Source of the DNA: Paraspadella gotoi | Taxonomy: Eukaryota; Animalia; Chaetognatha | Reading direction: 5' to 3' | Length of the DNA: 64,000 nt | NCBI GenBank assembly: GCA_051294375.1 | Contig: CM119265.1 | Location: 10,309,042 to 10,373,041 of the forward strand | In this document: piece after piece, positions 45,474-58,000 of the stretch | Layout of the letters: each line of letters begins with the position of its first letter | Position numbering within the stretch: the stretch's first letter is position 1 | Translations under genes and position numbers: made by a program | Notes under the pieces: generated by a model | Databases searched by the model: none | The model's input: only the letters and a program-made list of their open reading frames with translations | What the model was told of the DNA's origin: nothing

Positions 45474-48397
45474 ATGACCGTGGAAAGTACGACTGGTGAG
45501 TATTTTAAGCTAATTGCTCAATATATTTTTAATGCTGTGGTATACTAAAATTGTCAACATTTTAAGGTATTGTCAAAAAGCGCGGTCGTCCCAAGGGACC
45601 CGAGAAGCCGCCAAAGGAAAAGCGTCCGCGGGGTCGGCCTCCTGGGAGCGGGAGCGGAATCACAACACCAAAACCAAATCATGCACCCTTTGTCACGCTC
45701 GTCCAGTCCGCCGTCAAGGAACTCTACACCAAAAAAGGAGTCTCAAAAGTCGCCATTGTCAGACACATCATGGAGACGGAAGCGGTATGTTTAAATGCTT
45801 TTAAATACCACTGATCATTAGTAAAAATGAATACGAAATATGTGAATAAACTAGACATTAGATATTAAAATCTACCTCGTGGTATATTTATGATGATAAG
45901 CGCAGGGGTCCTGAAACCAGGTCGATCTGTGGACTGGGAGAAGTTTGGGTCTTTTCTCCGCCGAAGGCGAGTGGCCTTTTTGGGGGAGAGACCGGAGCTT
46001 CTCGATTCTGCTCATTCTGAATAACAACAACCACCGTTTTAACGATTCGAATTCTGTCGCCGGTTTTATTCGCTCAACTTATTTATTTTCTTTTCTTTCA
46101 GGAATGCACGGACAAAACTAAAGTTTCGAAGAGCGTTCGAACAGCGTTGAAGAGACTCGTGCAACAAAAGGTAAGAACTAGTAAGCGATTCCCGAAGACT
46201 TGACTTAAGTCTTGAGGGGGGAGTATAAGCTTTGTTTCCTTTACAGTTTACAAGTATGGTTTCTATGGTTTGGAGAGTGGTAAAGGGGAATTAAATTTAG
46301 GCGGTTACTAGACACATTTAAATCCGATTCTTTTTAAGATAGAAATCTCAGGAAAACGGCATTCTTTTCCTTTTTTTCCATTCTATCTGAATATATGACT
46401 TTTGTTTGACTTTTTAAAATTCTTGGCCCTTCCCAGGAGCGCCAAAGTGCCACGAGCATCAAAATTCACATATATTCGTAGATTTCTTGAACAAGTTCTA
46501 TTTAAATTTAATTTTCTAATATAATTAGTTCATTCCTGACTAGAATATTGCATTGCAAGTTAGTTAATATATTAAAAAATAGTTTTAGGTGCTTATTATG
46601 TTGAAAAACTTTTTACAAACTGGAAGTTATCAAAAACAGCAAAAAATTAGTTCTAAAGCTACGAACTACTTTTATAAATTCATTAGATATGTTACATGTT
46701 CTTTTTTATTATTTATTTCAAAAGTTTAATTTAAATATTCTATTTAGTTATTAGATATTGTTTAATTATGCAGACGTGCAAGCTTTTTTACCTTAACTTT
46801 GATGTTTAAAATGGCTGATGAACTTTCATTGTATTTTATGTCAGATACCCAAATCAATAATACCAATATATATTGTTATAATAGAGAAATATAATGTAAA
46901 GACATTACAAAAAAAAATTAAATGTAATTGTTGTTGTAAAAGACTTCATCTTTATTTCAAACTCAATTTAAAAACCACAAAAAAAAAAATATGCAAAGAC
47001 AAACAACGAAAAAAAAGAGTGAATAAACAAAAAGTCAATCTCTTGAACCTTTTACAACAACAATTACATTTAATTTTTTTTTGTAATCTTCACATTATAT
47101 TTCTCTATTATAACAATATATATTGGTATTATTGATTTGGGTATCTGACATAAAATACAATGAAAGTTCATCAGCTATTTTAAACATCAAAGTTAAGGTA
47201 AAAAGGCTTGTGCGTCTGCATAATTAAACAATATCTAATAATTAAATAAAATATTTAAATCATACTTTTAAAATAAATAATAAAAAAGAACATATAACAT
47301 ATCTAGCAAATTTATAAAATTAGTTTGTATCTTTAGAACTAATTTTTTGCTGTTTTTGGTAACTTCCGGTTTGTAAAAATAGTTTTCAAACATAATAAGC
47401 ACCTAAAACTATTTTTTTAATATATTAACTAACTTGCAATGCAATATTCTAGTCAGGAATGAACTAATTATATTAAAAAATTAAATTTAAATAGAACTTG
47501 TTCAAAAAATCTACGAATATTTGTGAATTTTGACGCTCGTGGCACTTTGGCGCTCCTGGGAAGGGCCAAGAATTTTAAAAAGTCATATATTTAGATAGAA
47601 CGGAAAAAAAGGAAAAGAATGCCGTTTTCCTGAGATTTCTATCTTAAAAAGAATCGGATTTAAATGTGTCTAGCGGTTACTTTTGTTTGTTTTTTTCTGT
47701 GATCTGTGGGTTAAGATGGGGAACGCCTTTTTTGAGCTTTTATAAGCAACCTAAAATCCTCAAATATGTACTTATTTCAAAATGGCTATAAAGTTTTTTT
47801 TTTAGATTTTTATCTTTGTACTTATCCATTAACTATTCATATCGATTTTATTTTTAGCACACTTAGTTACTTCTTTTTCTAGGTCCTCGCGGCTCCCAAA
47901 GGAACTATCGGCAAGTTTCGTCTCACGGACGATAAGGGAACTAAATCGGAAGAGGGCGTCAAAAAACGAGGGCGACCTGCGGGTACCGTCTCGAAGAAGG
48001 TGACGGAGAAATTGCAGGGCGAAAGGAGGAAGAAATCTCCCATTAAGAAGGTCAAGTTATCGTCGCCGAAAAAGGAGGCGTCGTCGCCAAAGAAGACGGC
48101 AGAGGCCAAGAAAGGAACCGGAAAGAGGGGAAGGCCCAAGAAAGGTACATTTTGTTGTTGGAAGAACGGAACGGGTAAGGGATCATTCTTTTTGTCATAG
48201 GGGGAGTTTAACAATGGGGAGTGCGCAAGGATTTCAATGTAACAAAGTAGATTGTTTTAATGAGATCGCAATTCTGCTACTCCTCAGATGAGAATGCGAA
48301 ATCAGCGGCAAAAAGGCCGCCAATGAAGACAACGCCACCGAAGACAACAGGAAAAGGGCGGGGAAGGCCAAAAGGAAGCACGAAACAAAAAAAATAA
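45474..48397 (+). CDS. Linker histone H1-type globular domain protein with five AT-hooks
   Basis: Exons 45474-45495, 45567-45784, 46102-46170, 47883-48144, 48288-48397 join in frame. H15-like core HAPFVTLVQSAVKELYTKKGVSKVAIVRHI..VRTALKRLVQQKVLAAPKGTIGKFRL; hooks KRGRPK, PRGRPP, KRGRPA, KRGRPK, GRGRPK; SPKK motifs. Confidence 0.85.
45885..46024 (+). ncRNA. SNORD94: Intronic box C/D RNA, SNORD94-like guide for U6 snRNA Cm62
   Basis: Box C ATGATGA 45890-45896, D' CTGA 45911-45914, box D CTGA 46017-46020. Guide GCGCAGGGGTC is complementary to U6 GGCCCCUGCGC (one G-U pair); the fifth-nucleotide rule points to C62 in human numbering. Confidence 0.8.
46309..47672. mobile_element. 1.36-kb near-perfect foldback element, hAT-like (8-bp target duplication)
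   Basis: gcggttac|tagacacattt...aaatgtgtcta|gcggttac; arms of ~650 bp meeting around 46960-47040. Confidence 0.9.
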
Positions 48398-48974
48398 AGC
48401 CTTTTCAGTGGCAATTTTTTTTAGCGTTTACTTTTCCTTTTTTAGAAATTCATCGATATTTATATATCAATTATATAGCGTTTTACACAATGTTTCTATT
48501 ATTCTTATTGAAATGTATTTTTCTTCAATTCATTGTTCTAAGTTTCATGTAGTTTTATTTTTCATTAGTATGTTCAATTTGTTCATTACGCATGATGAAA
48601 TAAATTATTAAAGTCATTACGAGTAATTACGTACATTACACAAGCCGACCTGTGCTAGCTAGCTTCCTAATATAGAAATTAACACGATCACAAGTTCGCA
48701 AGAAGAAATATCGTTCATTGAATGAGTTTTTAATTTAACGTCTGAATCACAGCTGAAACTAATAGGCTATGGAGAAAACGAATGTTTAGAACAACACAAA
48801 AAATAGAACAAAAAATTTGGTACTTCCACACAATTTTTTTCAGGCTGCAAAGAAATGAAAATATCACAAAAATTAAAGCAAAAGACTTTTGACTCTGAAT
48901 TGCGATGAAGGTAAAAACAAGATTAAAATTAGCTCCGAAATGCCGTTTACTATAAACTATAGAAGGCTTCGTAT

Positions 48975-50523
48975 TATAAAATGAGGTACCGCTTTTTTGT
49001 GACCAGAATCTGTCCCACCAAACTACCCGATCGAATTTTATGAAATTTTACACAGACAGTCCTAATGACCATATAAATGCAACTATCGAGGCAAATTTTG
49101 ATATTGAACACATGACAAGAGATACCGGGTCCTGGTGTTGGACATAAACTTTTACCAAACGTCCGTGTATAATCATTATCATTAATCATCATTTGTTATT
49201 TTGTAATTAACCTTTTTTCTTATACAGATCACGTAATATAATTATTGATCAGCCAGTGTCGGTGTTTATTATGATCTATTTTCTCAGTTCCTTACTCTAA
49301 GTATTTCAAATGATTAATTCATTTGGCCATCTCTCCCTTTTGCTGCAGATTGAGCATGATTTCATAAGAACTTTATTTGATCTCCAGTATCTACCAAACT
49401 TACCTAAACCGTATCAAGCTGAAACGAGGTGAGCTCTACAATAAATTCCGCTCATCAGTAATAGAATGCTCACCTGCCACGCGGGCGGCCCGGGTTCGTT
49501 TCCCGGCCGATGCACTAGTGATAAGCAGAATTTATTGTAGAGAGCTCACCTCATTTCAGCTTAATACAGTTTGAGTAAGTTTGGTGGATACTGGAGATCA
49601 AATAAAGTTATTTTAAATTGAGTTAGTTATTTTTTTTTTAAATTTGGCAATGCTAAAGGCCTTGCACCTCTTTCTGGTTCAAAAAAGTGTTATTATAGCT
49701 CTCAGAAAAAAAGGAAAGATGCGTAACATTAACATCGGGGCTGAAAAGAATTGCGTTAAAGATGTCGAAAAACATGTCACTGTCATACCTTAATTTGCTG
49801 TATAAGAGCATACCCAAACGAATGCAGGCAGTAGTCTATGCCAAAAAAGGATATACCAAATATTAAAAATATTTTACCAATGCTTTGCATACTTTTTATT
49901 GAATAAATGAATTATGTTATATACTTTTTTCCTAGATAGTACACAGACGAAATAAGTTTATTTCCATTCCACGTTTGGCAAAAGTTTATGTCCAACACTG
50001 GGGGGGCAAAAAAGGCTAAAAATATTTTTTTCATATTTTAATATTTTTTAGTAGCATCAGGTGCATTGACGTCTTAAACATGTAAAAAAACATTTTAGAA
50101 CTAAAATTGAAAAATTTTTAATAATTAAGCATTGTTTGAATATGCATGGTTCATAGTTTTACTTCTAATTTTCCCAAATTATTCCAAATTTGACTTGAAC
50201 AGCTGATGTTTATGAAGATGTTAATTAAGGTAAAATAACATTTTTGAGGTAATAAATACGTTTTGTGAAAGAGTAAACGTCTGTGTAACTGTTCAAAATA
50301 AAAATAATTGAAAAATTTGAAAAAAAATTCAACCATTTTTGGCCCCAATGGGTGACCCTCCCAGGAGGCCCATATCTCGGCTCAGGGGTCAAATATTGAA
50401 ATTCGCCTCGACAGTTCTATTTGTATTCACATAGGGATCGTTCATTCCAAATTTCAATAAATTTGATTCAGTAGTTTTCTCGGAATGTGTTCGGGTCACA
50501 AAAAAGGGGTATCTCATTTTATA
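48975..50523. mobile_element. Non-autonomous element with ~30-bp TIRs containing further nested inverted-repeat elements
   Basis: tataaaatgaggtaccgcttttttgtgacc inverted against ggtcacaaaaaaggggtatctcattttata; inner pair gtgttggacataaactttt (49135) and aaaagtttatgtccaacac (ending 49998). Confidence 0.6.
49455..49514 (+). pseudogene. 5'-truncated tRNA-Gly(GCC)
   Basis: tcagtaatagaatgctcacctGCCacgcgggcggcccgggttcgtttcccggccgatgca matches the D-loop-to-3'-end part of animal tRNA-Gly(GCC); the 5' acceptor strand is missing and the D and T loops are mutated. Confidence 0.8.
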
Positions 50524-50585
50524 TAGGTCCATTCCGTTGATGATATGAAGCCTTCTGTAATAAAACAAGTCCAACAATGCTCTCT

Positions 50586-52326
50586 TCAAAGTTTCGAATC
50601 GTTGCATAGTGTTTCAGACGCCCCAAGCTTAACGTCACCAAACACGCGACTGAAGACGTCGAAACGGTCGGCGACTACGAGCGAGGGAATCGGAGAGGCG
50701 TCGTCGGCGCCGCCGGGTTTGAGAACACCGGAGCCGAGGAGACCAACGAGTGCGAGACTCAAAGGTTTTGGGGCTTTCACGCGGGAATCTTCGTCCGTGA
50801 TCACGCGGTCAACCTAGGGTCATGAATTACTATTAATTCACGGGGCAAATAACCGACCGCAAAATCCCGATCGGCGAATGTAAAAATAAGACAATTCACG
50901 TACCAAAAACTAAAAGCCTTCGAATATTTTCCTTCACGCCCATACCTCTACTCTCCCAATCTTTCCGCTCTTGTTGACGTAAAAGGCGGCGACTCCTTCG
51001 AATCGCTTGGAGGTGGCGGCGGTGGACTTCCCTCGCCCCGACGGATTCCACTTTCCGAGATTGCCGAGATAACCGATGCCTTCGATCCGCCATCGCGCGC
51101 GGACAATGTTGTCCCCTTCGAAGCAGACGAGTTGGAGTAGCTGGTGGACGGCGAAAAAAGGGGATCAAAGCAAAGGCCGAACCGGAAACCACGCCCCTTC
51201 CCTTTCTTCCTCTCTCTGACCTGCATCTCCGTCCTGACGAAGCAGAAGCCCGAAATCTTCCGCAAAACCACGATCCTTAGTTCGAGGTTCTTGAGACCCA
51301 CAGAGATGGTCTCGCCGCCGTGCCATCGATTCACGTAGACGACGTTTTCGGCGAAGAGGGAGAAGTCGAGGTTGCGGTCGAAGATCTGCGGGAGTCCCTC
51401 GCGCAGACCGTGGTAAACCTCCAGTAGCTGATCCTTGCTGAATTTAAGGAAAGAAAATCAATGATCATTCGGTGAGAAAAAGCGTCCACAATATTAATAA
51501 AACGAAAGGTTAGCAACAAAACAATATCAGCAAAGAAATTAAATTGAAAAAAAAAAATTAGGGCAAAAAAACTCACGAAGGTCCTTCCGACTGATTTCTC
51601 ATCGGTTGAGAGTTGGACGAGGAACGAAAAACGTCGTCACCTTCCATTTCCGATAAATAGTAGGGGCATCTCGAGTGGCACCAATGGTCGCCCGTCGACG
51701 GCGAAGGCGACGCCGCTGACGTCAAAAAAGCAATCAACTCGCGATCGTCGGGCGAATTCACGGCGAAGTATTGGTCCAATAGTCGGTAGTAGTCGACACT
51801 GTCGCCCTCGATGATACTAGAGATGCAATGGACGTTATTTTCCGGATCGAGACGTTCGTGGTGTCGTCGATGCGGAAGGAGGTCGTCGGAAGACCAGGCT
51901 TTGGCCTTGACAGCAGAAAACACGGATTGGGGCACGGGGTCGCATAGCACGTAACGAAACGCGTCCTGTAAACGGCAGAAAATCAGGAGGGCGATTCTTG
52001 AAATGACGATATCCTTGGAGACGAACCTCGATGAGAGCGGCGAAATCGGCCACGTCCCTTTTAAATTGTCCCTCGTCGCGTCGCTTCCTGCCGTCGACGC
52101 CGCCGCGGTCGCGCTGGATTCGCACTAACTTGGAAGCGAGGAGAAAAGACGCCGCCTTTCGACGGTCGTCGGAGTCTGAAAAGGGAGGCGTTGGGAAGCG
52201 CGGAGAGCGATCGTCCATGGAGTCGGTCGTCCAGGATGAAAGAGGCGCCGACGACGAGAAGGTCGACGCCGGCGATCGGCGTCGAAGTCGGACGAAGACT
52301 CTGTTGAGACGCCGAACCGACGCCAT
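50586..52326 (-). CDS. C6orf136-like (DUF2358) protein, probable mitochondrial presequence, about 5 exons
   Basis: Spliced reading gives KDQLLEVYHGLREGLPQIFDRNLDFSLFAENVVYVN..VRARWRIEGI..FEGVAAFYVNKSGKIGRVEVDRVI, like the C6orf136 domain as I recall it; Arg/Ser-rich N-terminus. Confidence 0.7.
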
Positions 52327-52594
52327 GGTGAGGTAAGGAAGAGGAGCGACGAAAGTCATTGATTCATTTGGCCGAGTCGAATACTTAACCCGAATTTCAG
52401 CTACAAAAATAAACAAGGTGATGGTAAATGTATTCTCGAAAATTAGAAATTTTTAAGCATTGCCACAGGCAAAATTATATTATCACAGGAACGTTGCGAA
52501 AAAAAAAACATTCGCATTACGGAGTCGAGCAAAAAAAAAAAACGCTGTTCATTTGTCCATCTTACGTCATAGCACTAACATATTTAACACGAAT

Positions 52595-52848
52595 TTATCT
52601 TCGACACCTCGCCGCAGCGTAAGGAACGAGAGCCAGCGCCCCCAACGCTAAAGCCACCATCGGTCGAAACGCGATCCACCCGACGGCGATGACCAACAAA
52701 GACACGGAACCGGAAAAAACCAGCGCCAGAGAGACCGTCGTCATAGCAACGACGTCACGGAGTAGCGGAATCCCGGAAAAGAGGCGAATAACGAGATCTG
52801 ATATTGCCATCACGCCTGAGGGACAAAAACAGCTAACAGTCGAATATA

Positions 52849-52919
<71 letters not shown>

Positions 52920-54860
52920 TTGATCATATATGTTGTTTGTTCCAACGACTTACCCAAAAAAATTAAAAACCAGCCGCCGACTCTGAGCGCCCATTGCATT
53001 ACGAGGTTATCCTTTCGCTCGGCGGCGAAAATGTCTTGGGGCGATCGATCCCCGCGATAAATGAGGCCGATGGAATCTCCGTTGGAAGAAATGAATTCGG
53101 TGAGAGAAGAGGAGTCTTGCTTGGCTGTTTAGAGAAAATGGGAGGAGCGAGATTAAGAACTAACTGTAACTAAATCTCGATTACCTTTCGATTACCTTCT
53201 GATTCCCGTGTTCCCGGTATTTTGTTATCCACAATCAACATTTGTAGCAAAAATACTTGTGGTTCAATTCGAAAGAGTTCTACAATCTCATTTACATATT
53301 GTAGCAGTTTAGATTACTTCTCATACCTTTTGATTCGAATCTCTCGACGGTTTTATTTTACTATACATTATATACATCGACACTTTTTATAGTCTACATT
53401 TTTTTTCATTAATTCGGTTGGCTTTACTTTTTCCCATGATTTCATCTCCCCGCCACTAACTAACCCTTAAGTCTCACCATCCATAACTTACCCACGGCGC
53501 TGAGAAGCTCAGCATTAACGGGATCTCCGTCCCCGGCGACAGCGAAAGAGACGCGAAAATCTCCGACGGCGGGTCGAGCGTGGTCGCCGAAGTAGACGAA
53601 GTCCTTTAATTTGCTGGCGCCGATGGGGAAGAGGTGGGCGTGGAGTCGGGACAAGTCTAAAGGAGCGAACCAGTCCATTTTCGATCTCATCGACGGGGAA
53701 AGGAGGAAAGGACCGAGAAAAGCCTGGAGAGAGAAAATCGTGATAGAGATATTTAAAAAGAGAAATTTGAAAACGATAAAAATTCCAAGAAAATACAGAA
53801 ATATAGAAGAAGGAAAAAAAAAGCGATGAGCATTAGGATGGCCTCAACTCACACGATCAGCCTCGAACACAACGTTCTCAAGGGGAAAACGATCAGGATT
53901 ATTGTGCCCTGGCGTGGCGAAGCCGAGACTGTGCACCAGGTCAGTCCTCCACTCTTGGATGTAGTCGTACGATCGCTCGATCCTCGTCTCCCCATTCTCG
54001 TCCTGAAATTCCGTTCGTCGCTCGTGCTCGACCCATTGCAGCATCTCGACGACGCGCTTCAACTTTGCCGCATGGATCTCAACGCTAAAGTGGGGATCGC
54101 GGACCGGGACGGGCACGCTCAAACGCGCAGTCAAATGGACAAGGGATCCGTCGAGCGTAGAGGAAACTACGTTAGAAGAGACAGAAAATGACAAAGAATA
54201 TATTTCTGCGGGCACTGGGCAGGGCAAGGCTTTTATCTCAATATGAGTTGTTTACTAGGTCTTTCTTGCCAAAAATAAATAAAAATTAATAATTTTTTTT
54301 GGAGCACAATGATGAAGTTCAAATAAAATTAAGTCATCTCAATTAACAAGTTTGTTTCATCATTTAACTAGTAGTCAATACCAATGGCAAAAAAAAAGCT
54401 AAAAAGGCTAAAAAAGCATTGAGAAAAAAACCAAACTGACCCGAGATCCTTCCGTCGCGAGGTGAGGCTTTCAACGAGGTCACAGAATCCAGACCTTCCT
54501 TCAACGATTGAGCTCTCTTTACGCTTCGGCCTGTGATCGAATTAATATTATCTCGAGTTTAAACTTAAAAAAACTAACGTCATTGACTTTACCTTCGTTC
54601 CAGAAAGTTACCCCGACCCCGACGGAAAAGAGGAGAACGCCGACGATGACGAAGACCAGTTGACGACGAATGACGTCGCATATCGAAGGTTCTTGCCGAT
54701 ATCGATATTGCTGCTGCTGTTGAAACTGAGGGCGAAATCCCGGAGGAGGTGGAGCGTCGTCGGTTCGAGGATAGAAGTCATTTAAATCTGGATAAACTCG
54801 ATTGGAACCGGAAGGCGGAGGGGAGTTGGGGTAGCGATGACGAAAACCCGGTTCCTCCAT
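52595..54860 (-). CDS. TMEM43: Transmembrane protein 43 (LUMA)
   Basis: GVLLFSVGVGVTFWNEG, DGSLVHLT, KLKRVVEMLQWVE, GHNNP, PAVGDFRVSF, and C-terminal TM helices WALRVGGWFLIFLG..IAVGWIAFRP. Confidence 0.92.
52851..52916. repeat. (TAA)n microsatellite in a TMEM43 intron
   Basis: About 22 perfect TAA units. Confidence 0.95.
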
Positions 54861-55003
54861 TTCGAAATAGTTTTTTAGGCCCTCTTAAGCATAAATTGAA
54901 TTCTTAACGACTCATCTGAAAATTAAAAACAGAACGACTAACTCGTAATAGCTAGTAACAACATCCTCGTAATCGCCGAAAGAAGAGTATAGAAATCTTT
55001 CAA

Positions 55004-58000
55004 TCAAGCCGAATTCAAAACGGTTTCCATCATCCCCGTCATCCGCAGAAATCTCTTTTTCGCCTCCACCTCCCGTCGGACGTTTTGCTGCAGAGACGCC
55101 AAGGCTTTTGCCGAGCGGGGAAAGGTCTCTTCGTCGAGTTCGGCCGGCGGCGAGGAGTAGACCTCGAGGACGACGTCGAGGACGTCCAGCACGGTCGACT
55201 CGAAGTTGACAGAGGAAACGTTCTTGGAGAGGAAGGTGATTAACGCGGCGAGTTCGGAATCAGAACGACCGGCCACGGCCGCGCGGAGTCGCTCACGCCG
55301 CATCAGCTCCTCCATCACGGCCAGCGTCACCTCGGGAGTCTTGGAGCGGACGGATATGCTGAGGGCGGCGTCGAGAGCCTTGGAGTGCTGAAACTTTCGA
55401 AAGTAGACGTCGTAGGGGCGGAGCCTTTCTTTGACTCGACGACGAACGATTTGATCGGCGGCAGCGATGGAAGAGGAGGAAGTTTTCAGGCGGGAGGAAC
55501 GACGCGAGGATTTGGAGAATGAGGAGGCGAGGGTAGACTGAGATGGAGAAAATGGTATTTGATTATAATACGAAATAATTTGGAGGGAAACTGTCAGGAA
55601 AAAACTTTCATGAAGATTCATCATCGGACTTTTATTCATTTGAATATTTATTCTACCATCTTGGAAAATGAATCAGTCGCCAAATTTTAAAGTTAGTTAA
55701 TTGTGTATTAAAATTTAAATATAGAAAAAATGGGTATCAATATGTAGTGTGAACTCCCTTGCTCTTCACAACTTCATTTATTCTGTTTGGCATTGACTCA
55801 TAGAACGACTGCAGGTATTCCAAGGAGAGGTTATCCCAAACTTTTTTGATAAGTCGTTTCATGGCTTGCAGAGATGTTGGACGTTCGTTTCTCAGTCGAT
55901 TTTTCATCTCTGACCACACAATTTCGATCGGATTGAGATCCAGAGAGTTCCCAGGCCAGTCAGGTAGAAGTTTAACCCCATTTCGGTGATGCCACTTTTT
56001 TGTCTCCTTGGCTCGATGCGGAGGGGCGTTGTCTTCCATAAAAACTCCACCTCGGACGAATTCCTTTAACTTCGCTTCCTCCAGAATTTCTCTGTATTTG
56101 GCGCCATCAACGCGTCCCGAAATGAAGATTAACTTTGACTTGGCACGGGAAGAGATTGCACCGAACACCATGACCTTCGGTTGCTGCTTAACCGTCTGCA
56201 ATATGCAATTAGGATGCAATGCTTCGCCGACGCCGCTGCACACTTCGAAGATTCACTCTAAGCTGCTTAGATATGGAAGTATTCTTGATACCCGCTTTGT
56301 GCAATTCAATTATAGATGCACATTGATCACTTGTAAAATGCCAACGTTGAGGCATAATAAAAAATACAGTGTAAAATTAAAAAAATGAAGGAAAATAATT
56401 ATTAAAATCTGAAATACGCCAAAGAAAGCAAATTTTTTTCGATCTCCTTCTTTTCTTTCCTCTGCCCTGACGGCAATTTTAATCAATCTAACATAAACAG
56501 GCTCCATTTGATCGAAAATCGCCAAGCTTTCTGGAAATATATTTTTTTTCTTTCGATTATTTTAGGAAGGTGTTTAAAAATGATCGAGAAGTTTGGCGAC
56601 TTATTCATTTTCCAAGATGGTAATGACAAATAAAACATTTCACCACGTGTCTGTTCAGTGTTCATTTGTTATTCATTGATTGATATTTATTATTCAATGT
56701 CTTTCCTTTTCAGCTATCAAGAGTTATTAATGATTATAGAAGAGGCGTTGGGTTACTGATAGGTTATGTGGTTCTTGATCATTGTGTTTCTCTTCTGATC
56801 TATTACAGTGTAGATTCCAGGGTGCACTGTCAATGCACGGCCCCCCGTGATCAATCATTCCCTGGTTGGAGCGAGACTTTCTGCCACGCCTTGACTTTTA
56901 GTGACACTCCTTTGGTCACCCCACACTCATCATTACCCATTAGGGGGTACGCAGGATTCGCACCCTAACATTGGTGCATTGTCCTTTATCCACACTGAAT
57001 GGAGAACCCACTGTGTGTTGTCAATTTGCCACTCCTTTCTTTGGAGTGCTGTTTCACTGTCTCTCAGTTTGTCGAGACAATCCTGAGGTCCTGCAAATTC
57101 TAAACCACAAACATCCGTCAGCAGGGTGAAGTGAAAGTTTGGAATAAAAATTTAGCAGTTAAATAATAAAAACTATCATATTAGTGAATACTAATCTATA
57201 ATTATTTTTCTTTTTTTACGAATATAGTAACCCAGTCAGCTTAATTTGTATATAGTATAGACTATAGAACCAAATTCTTAAACTCGATCCCAAACCTTTT
57301 TTAATAATGTTTTTATATTTTTGGATAGAGAATGACTGGAATAATGTAAATCTTAAGTTACGTCTAAATTGGCCCATGGGTTTAGAAGAAATCGACCAAA
57401 AAATACCAAAATTCCTCTACCTTTTTTCAACATTTTCCCCTTTTAAGATTTTCGCCGATTCTGACTTCCTCTTACAAACTTTAATTCCGCAAGTTAATTT
57501 TTTTTCCTTAAACGAACAAAAAGAATCCATAACTTTCTATTATTTGATAATTTCTGGGTAAAAAAATATAATGAATTACATTAACATTGGGATATTATGA
57601 AAGTATAATGTCTTGTGAAGCCTGTGAGAGTTAAATAATTAAAAAATTCGCATATTTTATTATTGAAAAATGACAGTAAAGTGAAGAAGTTGAATGTCTT
57701 CCGGCTCATTTCAGTAAACATCCCTGTTCTCTAGCATAAAATAATGTTTACTTTTTGCTGGTGGAAAAGAAAGATAAATACTTAGGATGTGATGGGGTGA
57801 ATAATATTTTGTAGAATTCTGTAAGCATGCTTGTAATAGCAGTCAAACAAATATTTAAGTTAAATAAAAATTATATTTTCTTTATCCAAAAAAAGTTTGA
57901 CTCGAGTACAATTTAGCCTTTTTTCTTTCAGAATCACTAAAAAGAATTTAATTTTCATTTATTTTTATGGGTTTCATTAGTTTTAAAATTCATTATAATT

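Noticed and set aside
45541-45553. 13-nt match to U6 snRNA (TATACTAAAATTG) in intron 1 of the H1/AT-hook gene
   Set aside because: Short, AT-rich and coincides with the expected branch-point position; the flanks do not match U6.
49455-49514. Functional tRNA-Gly gene
   Set aside because: The 5' acceptor-stem strand is missing and the D-loop GG and T-loop A are mutated; kept only as a pseudogene.
51950-52030. Apparent frameshift in the C6orf136-like gene
   Set aside because: Explained by a ~60-nt intron (GAG|gttcgt...tttacag|GAC) that restores the frame.
52595-52999. Poly-tyrosine protein in the ORF track
   Set aside because: Read-through of an intronic (TAA)n microsatellite in TMEM43.
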